Shown piece by piece: positions 45,457 to 56,475 of a stretch of DNA of 64,000 nucleotides (position 1 is its first letter; every line of letters begins with the position of its first letter). Both the position numbers and the translations under genes were made by a program. This DNA is from Candidatus Iainarchaeum sp. GTDB lineage: Archaea > Iainarchaeota > Iainarchaeia > Iainarchaeales > JAAZKV01. The notes beneath the pieces are model-generated. The model was not told the origin of the DNA, made no database searches, and saw only the letters and a list, made by a program, of their open reading frames with translations. The DNA lies in NCBI GenBank assembly GCA_026397015.1, contig JAPLVR010000006.1, forward strand, positions 32,001-96,000, in the 5' to 3' direction.

Positions 45457-46176
45457 TCAAAGAATCATGCTAGCGAGATAAAACACTATCCTGCTCTCGC
45501 CGATTGAAAAGGAAACCCTCATCGGGGCATCATTTTTGAGTTCGATTAAAACGGGCTTTTCATTCTCCGCCTCCTTCACGATGTTTTGAAAAAAATTAAG
45601 GGAAAACTTTACCGTAACGCCTTCCTTCGAAGAAACTTTTATTGCCTTGCCGACCGCCTCGGAATCCATTGCCCCCTGCGGGCCCCTGGCCTCAACAATA
45701 AATTTTCCGTTTGAAACTTTAAGTACAACCGCACTGCCGAAGAGGCTCGCATCCTTCAACAGTTCCTTCAAATTGAAGCCGGAAATCTCCACCCTCGCGT
45801 CGTACTTTATGTCCGGAACTTTTACATTCCCTTCAGAAACATCCACAAGAGGAAGTTTGAAACCCCTTTTCAAATCCGATTCAAGCCGTATCTTCAGCTC
45901 GGAATCGGAAACGCCCATTACAAGCTTGTCGCGTGTGGTGGCTCGCTGCATTATCTTGTTGAAGGCAATCAAATCAATTCCCACAAAATTTGGTTCTATT
46001 GTATACTCGTCAAACAGCTTTTTGTCAACAAAATAATCCACCAAAATTATCTGGCTCGGGTCGGTGGCTTTGAAAAAAATACCTTTTTCTGAAAAGCGGA
46101 AATTTCCCTGCGGAACAAAAAAAGAAACGGCTTCGATAGCCCTTTTCCAAAAATCGACTTTTCTCAGCTCAATCAA
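45457..46176 (-). CDS. PCNA sliding clamp, divergent second paralog
   Basis: KATDPSQIILVD, FKLPL, LLKDASLF, FSL.F, LKNDAPM, FYLA; TTG start. Confidence 0.85.
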   Translation of the reverse strand: MIELRKVDFWKRAIEAVSFFVPQGNFRFSEKGIFFKATDPSQIILVDYFVDKKLFDEYTIEPNFVGIDLIAFNKIMQRATTRDKLVMGVSDSELKIRLESDLKRGFKLPLVDVSEGNVKVPDIKYDARVEISGFNLKELLKDASLFGSAVVLKVSNGKFIVEARGPQGAMDSEAVGKAIKVSSKEGVTVKFSLNFFQNIVKEAENEKPVLIELKNDAPMRVSFSIGESRIVFYLASMIL

Positions 46177-46352
46177 TCAAATCGCCCTCAAAAACAATAA
46201 AAAAACAAAAACCCGAAAAAAACCCGCAAATTTCTACAGAATGAAACGGCGAAGGTTATTTAAATTATTTTTCAGGGGCAAAGCAAAAAGTTTTAGGAAA
46301 GGCCCTAAAAAAACCGAAAAAAATGGGTGAATTCCGGGAAAATTATCGAAAA

Positions 46353-47096
46353 TTACTGGCTTTCAATTCGCGGAGCAAGGAAATATGTTATACTTGCGTT
46401 GCCGATAGGGTAAGAAATTTTAACCGGCGCATTTGTTTTGAGGAAAACGCTGACCGGATTTTCGGAATCCGCTGCCTTCAGCATATCCTGCAAATAATCA
46501 AGCGGAAACATGCTTTTGCACTCGCGCTTCACTTTCATTTCTGGAAGGGTTTCCTTGTTCTGTGGCGTCTCTTCATTCAAGTTTCCCTTCGAAGAGGTTG
46601 CTTTAACAAAAAATTTTTTTTCAGTGACGCCGAGAGTAACGTGCGTGCTTATCAGCGCCGCATCCTTGAAAGAACTCTGAAGCAGTGATGCACTTGCCTT
46701 TATTTCTGCGTCAAAATCGATTTTCGGATTTGGGACCTCGCTGGAGGAAATATCTATCAACGGAACCTGAAATGACTTGTCGCCAGTGCCCTTGAATGAA
46801 ACGATTATGTGCGCTTTTTTTTCATCCAGCGCGAGCTCGAGCTTCTCCCCGGATTGAACGCGTGATAAAATCCTGTTAAAGTAATCCAAATCAAGCCCGA
46901 GTTTAATATCATCCGAATCGAATTTTTCAAAAGCGCTTTTAGGGAGGGAAAAATCAACCATCGAAATCTGGCTCGGATCGGTGGCCCGCAATTCCAAACC
47001 ATTTTTTCCCACCACAAGCTCCGCCTCGTCAATCAGGACTGAGACTGCTTCGATACACCGCCTAAAAACCATGCCGTCTTTTAAAATCAGTTTCAT
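46353..47096 (-). CDS. pcn: PCNA sliding clamp
   Basis: VSVLIDEA, RATDPSQISMVD, FPLDYL, YFLAPRIE. Confidence 0.95.
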   Translation of the reverse strand: MKLILKDGMVFRRCIEAVSVLIDEAELVVGKNGLELRATDPSQISMVDFSLPKSAFEKFDSDDIKLGLDLDYFNRILSRVQSGEKLELALDEKKAHIIVSFKGTGDKSFQVPLIDISSSEVPNPKIDFDAEIKASASLLQSSFKDAALISTHVTLGVTEKKFFVKATSSKGNLNEETPQNKETLPEMKVKRECKSMFPLDYLQDMLKAADSENPVSVFLKTNAPVKISYPIGNASITYFLAPRIESQ

Positions 47097-47229
47097 CAAA
47101 ATCACCGCTTAAAAAAATCACTGCAAAAACTTTCCTATTTACTTAAGGAAGGGCTCATTACTTTTAAAAACTCACTGCCTACTGTGACGCCCAACGAGGT
47201 CGAGCACGCCGAAACGCCCAATAAAAAAA

Positions 47230-47661
47230 TTATTTTTCTTTTTTATAATCAATTATTTTTCCGGAAGGGTTCAGCACGATTGAAAGTTTAACTCCTGAAA
47301 TTTCGACAGCCGCGACAAAAGTCTTTGAATCCTCTGCAGCCTTCAAATCAATCACCTTTACGGTCGAACCCACCTGGGACTCGAGCTTCGATTTAAATTT
47401 TTTAACGAGCATCTCCTTGATTGAAAGATCCGGAATCTGAACCGGCTCATTTTCTTCTTTCGGAACCGCTTTCCCTCCTCTTATCAAATCGACATGCCTT
47501 AGCACGTGGTCTATTTTTTTCTCCTCATCGGATTTCCTGTTTTTTAGCAGGTAAATGATTATTGCAACTGCAATTATAACAAAAGAAAGCGCAATCACCA
47601 TAAGGGATACGTTGACAATGAAATCCGCCGGCACCGAGGCAATCACTTTCACCAAATCCAT
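47230..47661 (-). CDS. Hypothetical single-TM protein
   Basis: 143-aa ORF with hydrophobic N-terminal helix. Confidence 0.65.
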   Translation of the reverse strand: MDLVKVIASVPADFIVNVSLMVIALSFVIIAVAIIIYLLKNRKSDEEKKIDHVLRHVDLIRGGKAVPKEENEPVQIPDLSIKEMLVKKFKSKLESQVGSTVKVIDLKAAEDSKTFVAAVEISGVKLSIVLNPSGKIIDYKKEK

Positions 47662-47703
47662 AATTAACTAACCGCCTTCAAAAATAAAAACTCTTCCATT
47701 CAG

Positions 47704-48486
47704 TCAGCAATAGCCCCTGAAATCATCGGGCAACTTTCCCCTGGTCAAAAGGGAAAGAGGGTTGTCAATAATCCACAATTTTACGCAACCAATCTTCGGA
47801 ATCTGAAAGAAGGAAATCCCCTGAACGTCTTTTGCATTCACCGCATAAAATGTAATGCACGGTTTTTCAGACTTGTTTAAAATTATTTTTCCGCAGTCCT
47901 GGTCGATGGTTGGATTGGTTAAATCGTTGTCCCCCTTTGTGAGCAGGAATATCCCGTCATTTGCGCGGATTTTTGCCACGGCCCTGTGAATAATCGGAAT
48001 CCCCATCGGGTATGCTACATAAACAATCACGGAACCTTCTTTGTTCAGAAAAATTTTTTGGCCATCTTCGAACATTACCGAATCAATAACTTTTTTTTCA
48101 AAATTGTAGTTGATTGAAGCATAATCATAAACCGGCAGCTGCGAAATATTTTTGTCGAGCGTTATTTCCTGCGCAGAAATTTTTTCGGCGTCTCGACCGG
48201 CGCCCCCGAGCGCAACCACGTCGCCGCGAAACATCACGTTTTCCATGCTGCCGGAATAAACAATCATTAGCGGGTTTGCGGTGCCGAAAAGCAGTCCGAG
48301 AATAATATAAAGCGCGGCGGCAAACAAAGCCGCAAAAAAAAGGTTCACAAAATCTTCGACAAGCCTGTTGCCGGTAATTTTTTTCACGCGCGGCATTACA
48401 AAAATATCGACACAGGTAAAAGGATCAAGCCACCTCATCCATGCAAGCTTTTCCCTGATTTTTTTTATTGTGCCCATTTGAACCAA
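47704..48486 (-). CDS. Signal peptidase I (S26B/Sec11 type)
   Basis: VYSGSME, RGD, IIHR, TKGDN. Confidence 0.88.
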   Translation of the reverse strand: MVQMGTIKKIREKLAWMRWLDPFTCVDIFVMPRVKKITGNRLVEDFVNLFFAALFAAALYIILGLLFGTANPLMIVYSGSMENVMFRGDVVALGGAGRDAEKISAQEITLDKNISQLPVYDYASINYNFEKKVIDSVMFEDGQKIFLNKEGSVIVYVAYPMGIPIIHRAVAKIRANDGIFLLTKGDNDLTNPTIDQDCGKIILNKSEKPCITFYAVNAKDVQGISFFQIPKIGCVKLWIIDNPLSLLTRGKLPDDFRGYC

Positions 48487-48542
48487 AACCCGCTTTCAAA
48501 AAAAACTTTGCTTTCAAAAAAAACCATTTTTCAAAAAATTGT

Positions 48543-49559
48543 CTAAAAGAGATCCGTATCACACACATCTGAACTGCTTTTTCTGCCGTAAAGCACCACC
48601 AGAAGTATTACTGTGACCATGTAAACAAATCCCATGCCGTAGTAAAGCACCGAATTGGATTCAGTCATTATCAGGGCCTCCATTATCGCGCCGTAAAATA
48701 CCGAAAAGAACGCCAGCCCGGTGAGAAAAATAAAATCCTTGAATATTAATTCAAACTCGTGAGTGAGGAATTTTCCCTTTGCAACCATTGCCGAAATTAT
48801 CGCGCCCGCAAGTGCGCCGAAAATATAACCCAAAAGTTCCGGCGGGCCGTGGCCGATAAGCATGCTTTCAAGCATCCCGAGACCCTGAACTATCGCGCCC
48901 GAAGCAATCATTTCCCCAAAAAATATTCCGAGGACGGAGGCGTTCCATGCAATAAGAAAAATTGCGCCCGCACCATAAAACAATGAAAGGATTAATGTGA
49001 AAACTAATACACCTGAATTATTTTCAAAAATATATGCGGCGCATGAAGCAAGATTTTTTGTTTCCGAATTCTTGCATTCTTCCATCGCAAGCGCGGTAGC
49101 CTTCCCAGTGACTGTTCCGGCCTTTTCGCTTTCCCCTGCGACCATCGAGAACGGGTTTCCCCCCTCGCACTTTCCGGAAATGGCGCAAAAAGTTTTCATT
49201 TGCTCTGAGAAAATCGATTTGCTCTGCTCCTGCGGAATAACAAGATAAACGATTGAAAATGTGAGGATTATTCCTACAAAGAGCCACACATAAATCATTA
49301 TCAAATTAAAATGTCGGGCGAAAAAAGTCACACAACTTTTTTTTGTCAACGCCTCTTCGGACTCTTCATGGAGCAGTATGCGGTGAATAAGCGGGGCAAA
49401 ACCTATTGTAATGAAAGCGATTGAAAGGACGCTTGAATAAGCCGGAAAAAAGGCGTTGGCACAGATTAGGCTTCCGACAGAAATCACAACCGCCATGAAC
49501 AAAATGAAGAGAGGATGCTTCCGCACAACCCTTTCCCCGAGTACAGACTCCAAAACCAT
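48543..49559 (-). CDS. SpoIIM (DUF95)-family membrane protein
   Basis: Multi-TM; IFENN, WNASVLG, HGPPEL, A..E. Confidence 0.8.
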   Translation of the reverse strand: MVLESVLGERVVRKHPLFILFMAVVISVGSLICANAFFPAYSSVLSIAFITIGFAPLIHRILLHEESEEALTKKSCVTFFARHFNLIMIYVWLFVGIILTFSIVYLVIPQEQSKSIFSEQMKTFCAISGKCEGGNPFSMVAGESEKAGTVTGKATALAMEECKNSETKNLASCAAYIFENNSGVLVFTLILSLFYGAGAIFLIAWNASVLGIFFGEMIASGAIVQGLGMLESMLIGHGPPELLGYIFGALAGAIISAMVAKGKFLTHEFELIFKDFIFLTGLAFFSVFYGAIMEALIMTESNSVLYYGMGFVYMVTVILLVVLYGRKSSSDVCDTDLF

Positions 49560-49711
49560 TGAACCACTGCCAGACCTTAGCGCGAACGCCAGTGCTTTTT
49601 TGCGCTTCGCTTTATATACCTTTTATATACCTTATCATAAAGTAAGTTTTTGTGTATAAATAACTTTCCTAATATAAAAAAGCAGGGGTTCCTAATTTTT
49701 GGGGTGGCTGA

Positions 49712-50671
49712 ATGGATAAGAAAGCGCGAATTGTTTTTCCGGGTGAATTCATAACGACTGAAGAGGAGTTCGCCCCTGGCAGAAACACTTTCGAAGAAGG
49801 TGGAATAATAAGGGCAAGCATAATCGGAGAAGCTGATTTTGACGATTTGAACAAGGAAGTTAAGGTAAAAGGAAAATCAATAACAAAGCTCAGAACCGGA
49901 GACATTGTAACGGCAAAAATAATGTCGGTAAGAGAGTCAAAAGTTTCCGTAGGCATTGTCAGTGTTGAGAACGAAACCCTTGGGAAAAAAGTGCTTAGCG
50001 TTATGAGCGCGATGATTCCTGTGAGAAATGTTTCAAACGCATACGTAACAGATTTGACAGACTTTTTCAAGGTCGGGGACATAATACGCGCGAAAGTTGC
50101 GATGGCAAACGACCTCGCAGTCGACCTTCAAACCAATGAAAAAGGATTGGGCGTCATAAAGGCATATTGCCACAACTGCAGGAAAGAACTTTCTTACAAC
50201 GGCGGAAAACTCATGTGCCTAAACTGCGGAAATGTAGAAGAAAGAAAATGGTTCGAAGCGGAAGATGTGAGAGGCGAAAGAAGGGACTTCGGCGGGGAAA
50301 GAAGAGGATTCGGAGGCGGCGGCAGAAGAGACTTTGGCGGAGACAGAAGAAGCTTCGGCGGAGAAAGAAGAGGATTCGGAGACAGAGGGGGAGAAAGGCG
50401 TTTTGGCAGCAGGGATGCCGGAGGAAGAGGATTCGGGGGCAGACCACGCGAAGAAAGAAATTTTGGCGGCGGAAGAAGCTTTGATGCAGACGACAGAAGC
50501 CAGCACGGATTTGGAAGGGGGGGATCAGGACGAAACTTTGGCGGACATGGTGAAAGAAAAGACTTTGGGAGCCACAGCGACAAAAGGGCCTTCGTTCAGC
50601 GCGAAGCGAGGTTTGAAAAGGATTTTAAAAATGACCGCAAGCATTTTAGTGGCGGAAGCAACAGAAGATAA
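49712..50671 (+). CDS. csl4: Exosome cap protein Csl4 with long RGG/FGG-rich tail
   Basis: VFPGE.I..EEEF.PG, S1 domain, LGVIKAYC..C..C..CG..E.RK; directly upstream of rpoL. Confidence 0.92.
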   Translation: MDKKARIVFPGEFITTEEEFAPGRNTFEEGGIIRASIIGEADFDDLNKEVKVKGKSITKLRTGDIVTAKIMSVRESKVSVGIVSVENETLGKKVLSVMSAMIPVRNVSNAYVTDLTDFFKVGDIIRAKVAMANDLAVDLQTNEKGLGVIKAYCHNCRKELSYNGGKLMCLNCGNVEERKWFEAEDVRGERRDFGGERRGFGGGGRRDFGGDRRSFGGERRGFGDRGGERRFGSRDAGGRGFGGRPREERNFGGGRSFDADDRSQHGFGRGGSGRNFGGHGERKDFGSHSDKRAFVQREARFEKDFKNDRKHFSGGSNRR

Positions 50672-50730
50672 ACCGCAGAAATGGTCAAAAAAATAAATTT
50701 ATTGAATTGAAAGATGGAAGGGAGATTTAA

Positions 50731-50997
50731 ATGAAAATCGAAGTGATAAACCAGGACAAAAATATTTTGGAATTTTATGTCGAGGGCGAAAGACACACCA
50801 TCACAAACGTGCTGAGGGAAAGGCTTTCCCAGAACAGAGATGTCGAATTCTGCAGCTACAGGCTTGACCACCCGCTGGACAAGAGGGCGCGATTTGTCGT
50901 GCGCGCGGCGAATCCGAAAAAGGCAATCGAAGATACAATAAAAGAAATAACCGGCGAAGTCAGCGAATTCAAAAAGGCTTTTGAAAAAACAAAATAA
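50731..50997 (+). CDS. rpoL: RNA polymerase subunit L (Rpo11)
   Basis: GERHT..N.L, Y..DHPL. Confidence 0.95.
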   Translation: MKIEVINQDKNILEFYVEGERHTITNVLRERLSQNRDVEFCSYRLDHPLDKRARFVVRAANPKKAIEDTIKEITGEVSEFKKAFEKTK

Positions 50998-51096
50998 AGA
51001 AGAGCACAAAAAATAAAAAATAGTATAAAAAAAATAAAAAAAGGGCACAAAAGAACTTAATCAAAAAAAATTTTTATCTCCGAACTTTTCAACTTT

Positions 51097-52068
51097 TTAT
51101 TTTTCAGCGGCCCTTGCTTTTTTGACCGCACTGTCAACATAGTCCTTCAAAACCCGCTGATAATCCGCAGTCATCTTTTTCATTGCACGGGCCTCTTTCG
51201 GAGGCAACTCTTCAGCCATGTTTGCAAAAGAAGCGGCGAGCTTTGAAAACTCCGCTGGAAAGAAAACCCTTGAACCCTTTCCCTTCGCCATGCTCTCAAT
51301 CGCCTGAATATAATAATATGCAAGCGCCTTGTCGTCCAAACCCGCTGCGGCTTCTTTTACCGCCTGAATTTCAGCTTTGTGTGCCAAAGCTCTTTCCATT
51401 CTTGCCAGCTTCTCTTGGACGGCGGCCTTTTCCGCGTGCATCGCGTCCAAAACAACATCCGGAATCTGCACATCCTTTATTTCAACTGAATCAATCGATA
51501 TTCCCCAGTCCTTCGAAATTTCTTCCAAATTTATCTTTATCTGCTTATTGATTTCCTCAATATTTGAAAGGACATCGCTTAAAGGCAGAGCACCTAAAAC
51601 ATCACGCAACGAAGAAACAACATAAAGCTGGACCGCGCCGACATAATCCTTTACCTCGACCACCGCATTAACCACGCTCTGGCTGTCCTTCTTTATGCGC
51701 ATATAAATTACCGCATCAACAGTCAGTTCTATCGAATCCTTCGTTACCACTTCCTGTTTCGGAACATCAATTGCCTGAACCCTTAAATCAACCTTTGTGT
51801 AGCTTTCTATCACCGGCCAGATGAATGCCCACCCGGGACCGCCCACGCGATGCACTTTTCCAAACCTGAAAATCACCGCCCTTTCATAATCAACCAGTTG
51901 AAGCACGAAATCGTATCTCCAAATAATGTACAGGAAAAAAATAAGCAGCAGTGCCCATACAATATTTTGAATCAAAAATTCCCTGTATGCTACGAGCGCG
52001 AACAAAAAGGCAATTATAACCGCTATTATCCCAATAAAAATAACATACTTAAAATTCGATTCAGCCAT
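51097..52068 (-). CDS. SPFH/stomatin family protein
   Basis: YERAVIFRFGK, VDLR, Q.V.TKD, WGI.I..VEIKDV. Confidence 0.93.
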   Translation of the reverse strand: MAESNFKYVIFIGIIAVIIAFLFALVAYREFLIQNIVWALLLIFFLYIIWRYDFVLQLVDYERAVIFRFGKVHRVGGPGWAFIWPVIESYTKVDLRVQAIDVPKQEVVTKDSIELTVDAVIYMRIKKDSQSVVNAVVEVKDYVGAVQLYVVSSLRDVLGALPLSDVLSNIEEINKQIKINLEEISKDWGISIDSVEIKDVQIPDVVLDAMHAEKAAVQEKLARMERALAHKAEIQAVKEAAAGLDDKALAYYYIQAIESMAKGKGSRVFFPAEFSKLAASFANMAEELPPKEARAMKKMTADYQRVLKDYVDSAVKKARAAEK

Positions 52069-52168
52069 CCAAACACCATTAAGAGCAAAAAGCTATACTA
52101 AATAATTGACACTTTATATATATAAGTGTTTCTCAACAACCAATAATTATACGTTGAAAAGTGGTCAA

Positions 52169-53395
52169 ATGAAGAAAATGATTTTCGTCGTATGCGTTGA
52201 CAGGGACAACGACCTGGGCAGAAAAGCGAAAATAAGGGGCCCCGTAGTAGGAAAAGAAGCCAACCTTAACGCGGCAATAAAACTTGCACTGGCGGATCCG
52301 ACCGAGAGCGACGCAAACACAATTTTCGCCGCAATAAAAAAACTTGAAGAGGCGAAAAAAGAATATGACCACGTCGAAATTGTTACCATTACCGGTTATG
52401 GAAAGACGGGCTTGAAATCGGACAAGGAAATAAGCGCACAACTTGACAAACTCCAAAAAAAATACTTCATAAGCGGGTGGATTGTTGTTACGGACGGAAT
52501 GGAAGACGCACAGGTGTTTCCGCTCCTGCAGTCAAGGGCAAAAATAGTTTCGACAGAAGAAGTGATAATAAAGCAGGCACAGGCGGTTGAATCGACTTTT
52601 TACACAATAAAGGAAGCGCTCAAAGACCCCGGGGTTGCAAGGATGGCATTCGGAATACCGGGGTTAATACTTGTGCTTGTAGGGGGAATGATTGCATTTG
52701 GCCAGTTTTCAATTCAAATAATTTCATTGGTTCTCGGCGCATACCTGCTGCTAAAGGGCTTCGGCATAGAAGAAAAAATAATCGGTTTCTTCAACGAAGT
52801 TTCCTCAAGCTTGTCCGAACAAAGGGGAAGCGTTCTTCTTTACATGGGCGCAATCTTCATCCTTTTATTTTGGCTATGGGCGATTTACTGGCAATTCATA
52901 ACATCGGATTATCTCGAAACCGGGCTCAGCGTCGCCTCGGCAGTACGCACAACGCTTCCGATGTTAACCCTTGCGATGCTGTTAATCGGGGCTGGAAAGG
53001 CCGTTGACTGCATGCACCTGAAAAAAGCTTACCTACTTGGAAAATATTTTACGTGGATGATTTCAATAGTTTTGCTTTGGTCAATAGTTGACGCAGGAAC
53101 AGCGGTTTTCCTAAGGCAAACAAACCTCGACTGGTTCTTAACAGTAATAATGATAAGCCTTGTTGTGCTGGTAGTTGCAATGAAACTCGGCGCAATATTC
53201 GACATCCGCGGAAAAATTACGAAACTTTTCATAGGCACGAATGTTATGGATGAGGATGGAAACATACTCGGAAAGGTAACCCTGATAGACGGAAAAAAAC
53301 AGAGCATAACTTTTGTCAATGCGAAAAAAAAAGAAATAGAAAAACCCAGAAAAGAATTCGACCTAAAACAGGGAAAAATAATTTTAAACGCTTAA
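52169..53395 (+). CDS. DUF373 family membrane protein with C-terminal PRC-barrel-like extension
   Basis: [26 protein letters not shown]; tail [16 protein letters not shown]. Confidence 0.85.
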   Translation: MKKMIFVVCVDRDNDLGRKAKIRGPVVGKEANLNAAIKLALADPTESDANTIFAAIKKLEEAKKEYDHVEIVTITGYGKTGLKSDKEISAQLDKLQKKYFISGWIVVTDGMEDAQVFPLLQSRAKIVSTEEVIIKQAQAVESTFYTIKEALKDPGVARMAFGIPGLILVLVGGMIAFGQFSIQIISLVLGAYLLLKGFGIEEKIIGFFNEVSSSLSEQRGSVLLYMGAIFILLFWLWAIYWQFITSDYLETGLSVASAVRTTLPMLTLAMLLIGAGKAVDCMHLKKAYLLGKYFTWMISIVLLWSIVDAGTAVFLRQTNLDWFLTVIMISLVVLVVAMKLGAIFDIRGKITKLFIGTNVMDEDGNILGKVTLIDGKKQSITFVNAKKKEIEKPRKEFDLKQGKIILNA

Positions 53396-55401
53396 ATTGC
53401 TTTTGCGCCGGTTTTCTTAATCACTGCGGTCTTCTGTGCGGAGGCGGAAATAATGCCGTCAAGTATTTTCAGCAAATTATTCCTTTTCGCACCGCTTTCA
53501 AATGCAACCTTCAAAACCTCTGAAAGGTTCGAAACGGGGATGATTTTTATTTTTGCGAGCTCTTCTTTTGAAATAACTATGTCGCGCATATTCGCCCTTG
53601 GAATGATAACTTCCTTAAAGCCGGCGTGAATCGCGGCGACAATTTTTGAAGAAATACCGCCGACTGGAAGCACTTCGCCGCGGACACTCAAAGAACCTGT
53701 CATAGCAAGCTCCTGCCTCACTGGAATCTTTTCAATTGCGGAAATAACTGCAGTCGCTATCGAAACCGAAGCCGAATCGCCTTCAACCCCCTCGTATGTC
53801 TGGAGGAACTGGATGTGCATGTCCTGGGTCGAAAATGTTGTGCCGGAAATCTTTTTGAAAAGAACCGAAACATTCTGCACCGCTTCCTTTGCAATCTCGC
53901 CAAGCTTTCCGGTTGCGATGACTCTTCCTTCGCTCTTGCTGCTTGAGGGCGCGACCGCGGCTTCAATCGGAATTATGCTGCCGGCACTTCCGTCGCCGAA
54001 AACCGCCAAACCGTTAACGCGCCCTACTACACTTCCTTTTGTAAGATAAACTTCGTAATCCCTCTTCATCTCAATAGCCTTGTCAACCATTTGTCTCTCA
54101 AGCGTTTTTGAAGAAAGCTTTGCCTCGTAAACATCCTCGCGAACAACCAGTGAATGCCCTTTTTCCCTTGCGACATCTCCTGAGGCTCTGACAAGCCCTC
54201 CGAGGTCGCGAAGTTTTAGCGTGAGTTTTCCTTTTCTTTCCGCCCTTCTCCTCGCCTCAAAAATTATTTCATCAACCGCGCCCCTGTCAAAATGAGGAAT
54301 TTTTTTATCCTTCACTACTTCCTGTGCGACAAACTGCGCCAGCCTGTACCTGTTTTCATCGTTATCATCCATGTCAAGATTCATGTAAAGTTCATAACCG
54401 TAACCCCTCACCCTTGACCTCAATGCCGGGTGAACCTTCATCAAATCATCATAGCCGCCCGCTGCAACCAAAACAAAGTCGCATGGCACTGGGTCGGTTC
54501 GCGTCATCGCACCGCTTGAGTTTTCACTCTGACCCGTAATCGGATATTTTTTTTCCTGCATTGCGGAAAGTAATTCCTGCTGGGATTTATAAGAAAGGGT
54601 TGCGATTTCATCAAGGAACAGGACACCGCCGGAAGCGCGGTGAATGTAGCCCGGTTCGACACGCAAGTGTGCCGGTGTTCCAAGACCGCCGGATTGCAAC
54701 GGGTCATGACGAACGTCGCCGAGCAACGCCCCTGCTCTGCTCCCAGTCGCCTCAAAAAAAGGCGCGGTCTTTTTACCGAGATTATTTATCAAAAGCTTTG
54801 GCGCAACAACATTTTCCTTGCCGCGCATTTGGCTGCCAACAGAAAGACCGACCAGCAAAAATGCGCCGATCAAAAGCAGCGCCGCAAAAATAATGTCGGA
54901 ATACCACTTCAACTGCCACAAAATGCTCGCAATAATCATCCAGCCGAGCGGAAGGATGAATGAAACCATTCGCATTGAATCGGAAGCGCGCTTCCCATCA
55001 AGAGACGCCTCGTCAAGAATTTTTTTTCCGTCGCCCGCTTTTACTACGCGCACCTTCGGATTATTCTGGTCCTCTTCATTCGGATAAATCAAAACATCTT
55101 CAAGCTTCTGCACCGGAAGGATTTCCGACATCGCCTGCGCAAGCAATGACTTGCCGGTGCCTGGCAAACCGACCAAAAGAACATTTCTTTTTTGCGCCGC
55201 GGCCTTTCTTACAATTTTTACGCTGTCATCCTGCCCTATTATCTGGTCAATAAGCCTTTTTGGAACGACAATCTCGGAAGTGTCTTCATACGCAAAAGTT
55301 TTTTGGATACCACTTTCGCCGGCCGCAGGCGCCGACTGCTTCGCCGCTTTTTTCGCGCCTAGCCCCGGCTTTTTCTTGAGCTTCAAATTCTTGGAGGGCA
55401 T
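53392..55401 (-). CDS. lonB: Membrane-anchored ATP-dependent protease LonB
   Basis: [18 protein letters not shown] insert, [21 protein letters not shown]. Confidence 0.96.
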   Translation of the reverse strand: MPSKNLKLKKKPGLGAKKAAKQSAPAAGESGIQKTFAYEDTSEIVVPKRLIDQIIGQDDSVKIVRKAAAQKRNVLLVGLPGTGKSLLAQAMSEILPVQKLEDVLIYPNEEDQNNPKVRVVKAGDGKKILDEASLDGKRASDSMRMVSFILPLGWMIIASILWQLKWYSDIIFAALLLIGAFLLVGLSVGSQMRGKENVVAPKLLINNLGKKTAPFFEATGSRAGALLGDVRHDPLQSGGLGTPAHLRVEPGYIHRASGGVLFLDEIATLSYKSQQELLSAMQEKKYPITGQSENSSGAMTRTDPVPCDFVLVAAGGYDDLMKVHPALRSRVRGYGYELYMNLDMDDNDENRYRLAQFVAQEVVKDKKIPHFDRGAVDEIIFEARRRAERKGKLTLKLRDLGGLVRASGDVAREKGHSLVVREDVYEAKLSSKTLERQMVDKAIEMKRDYEVYLTKGSVVGRVNGLAVFGDGSAGSIIPIEAAVAPSSSKSEGRVIATGKLGEIAKEAVQNVSVLFKKISGTTFSTQDMHIQFLQTYEGVEGDSASVSIATAVISAIEKIPVRQELAMTGSLSVRGEVLPVGGISSKIVAAIHAGFKEVIIPRANMRDIVISKEELAKIKIIPVSNLSEVLKVAFESGAKRNNLLKILDGIISASAQKTAVIKKTGAKAI

Positions 55402-55527
55402 ACAAGTAGTTTCACGATAAAAGGGTTAAAAATGTTGTGAAATGATTTGGCGCCACGGCATCACGGAATAAAAAGTGCAAAGCGGAGAAAGAAAAACTAT
55501 TTAAAATCAAGGTTCTCTAATTGGTTC

Positions 55528-56436
55528 ATGGAACCGATAAAAATCACTTTTTTGGGCACTTCCGGTTCGACCCCTCAAAAGGAAAGAAATTTCGCAAGCG
55601 TCCTCCTTTCGTTCAGGGGCGACAATCTGTTATTTGACTGCCCCGAAGGAACACAAAAACAGCTCATGCTTTCCGAACACTCACTCATGAAAATACAAAA
55701 TGTTTTCATCTCGCATATGCATGCCGACCATTTTCTTGGCCTGTTTGGGTGGATTGCGACAATGACATTAAATCAGAGAAAGGAAAAGCTCGTGATATTC
55801 GCGCCTCGGGGCGGGGCGGAAAAAATAAAAAAAATGCTGCACGAAGTTGTCCGGCCGTGTTTTGAAGTGGAATACAAAGAAATAAAACGCGGAAAAATTC
55901 TTGAAACCAAGTTTTTTGAAGTGAACGCATTTCCGCTGAAACATGACGTTCGGTGCCACGGTTTCGTTTTCAAGGAAAACGACAAGGAAGGAACCTTTGA
56001 CAGAAAAAGGGCCGAAAAACTCGGCATCCCGCCCGGGCCGCTATACTCAAGGCTTGTTGCGGGGGAAAAAATAAAAATAAACGGAAAAACATTTTCACAA
56101 AAAGATGTCATGGATTATTCCCGGAAAAGAAGCGGACGAAAAATAGCCATAGTTTCCGACACGAGGCCTGTAAAGGAAACTGTTGCGCAGGCAAAGGGGG
56201 CGGATGTCCTGATTCACGAAGCCACTTTTATCGAAGAGCAGAAGGAAAAGGCGCTGGAAAGCCTGCACAGCACAGCATTCGAAGCCGGGGAAATCGCGAA
56301 GAAAGCAAAAGTGAAACAACTCGTATTATTCCACCTGAGCGCAAGAAATGCGGATGAAAAAAAAATATTTGAGGATGCAAAGAAAGCATTTGGAAAAACA
56401 ATAGTTGCAAAAGACCTTGAAACAATTTCAATCTGA
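55528..56436 (+). CDS. rnz: Ribonuclease Z
   Basis: FLGT, DCPEGTQ, SHMHADH, exosite GIPPGP, HEAT, HST, HLSAR. Confidence 0.95.
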   Translation: MEPIKITFLGTSGSTPQKERNFASVLLSFRGDNLLFDCPEGTQKQLMLSEHSLMKIQNVFISHMHADHFLGLFGWIATMTLNQRKEKLVIFAPRGGAEKIKKMLHEVVRPCFEVEYKEIKRGKILETKFFEVNAFPLKHDVRCHGFVFKENDKEGTFDRKRAEKLGIPPGPLYSRLVAGEKIKINGKTFSQKDVMDYSRKRSGRKIAIVSDTRPVKETVAQAKGADVLIHEATFIEEQKEKALESLHSTAFEAGEIAKKAKVKQLVLFHLSARNADEKKIFEDAKKAFGKTIVAKDLETISI

Positions 56437-56475
56437 AAAAATTTTGGCTGTGCAGCGTAAAAAATTTTATTTCTT

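Noticed and set aside
50167-50696. Arg-rich and Glu-rich overlapping ORFs in other frames
   Set aside because: Shadow frames of the purine-rich Csl4 tail repeats.
47704-55401. Dedicated membrane quality-control operon (signal peptidase, SpoIIM, SPFH, DUF373, LonB)
   Set aside because: Genes are on mixed strands and interleaved with csl4-rpoL; no evidence of co-transcription.
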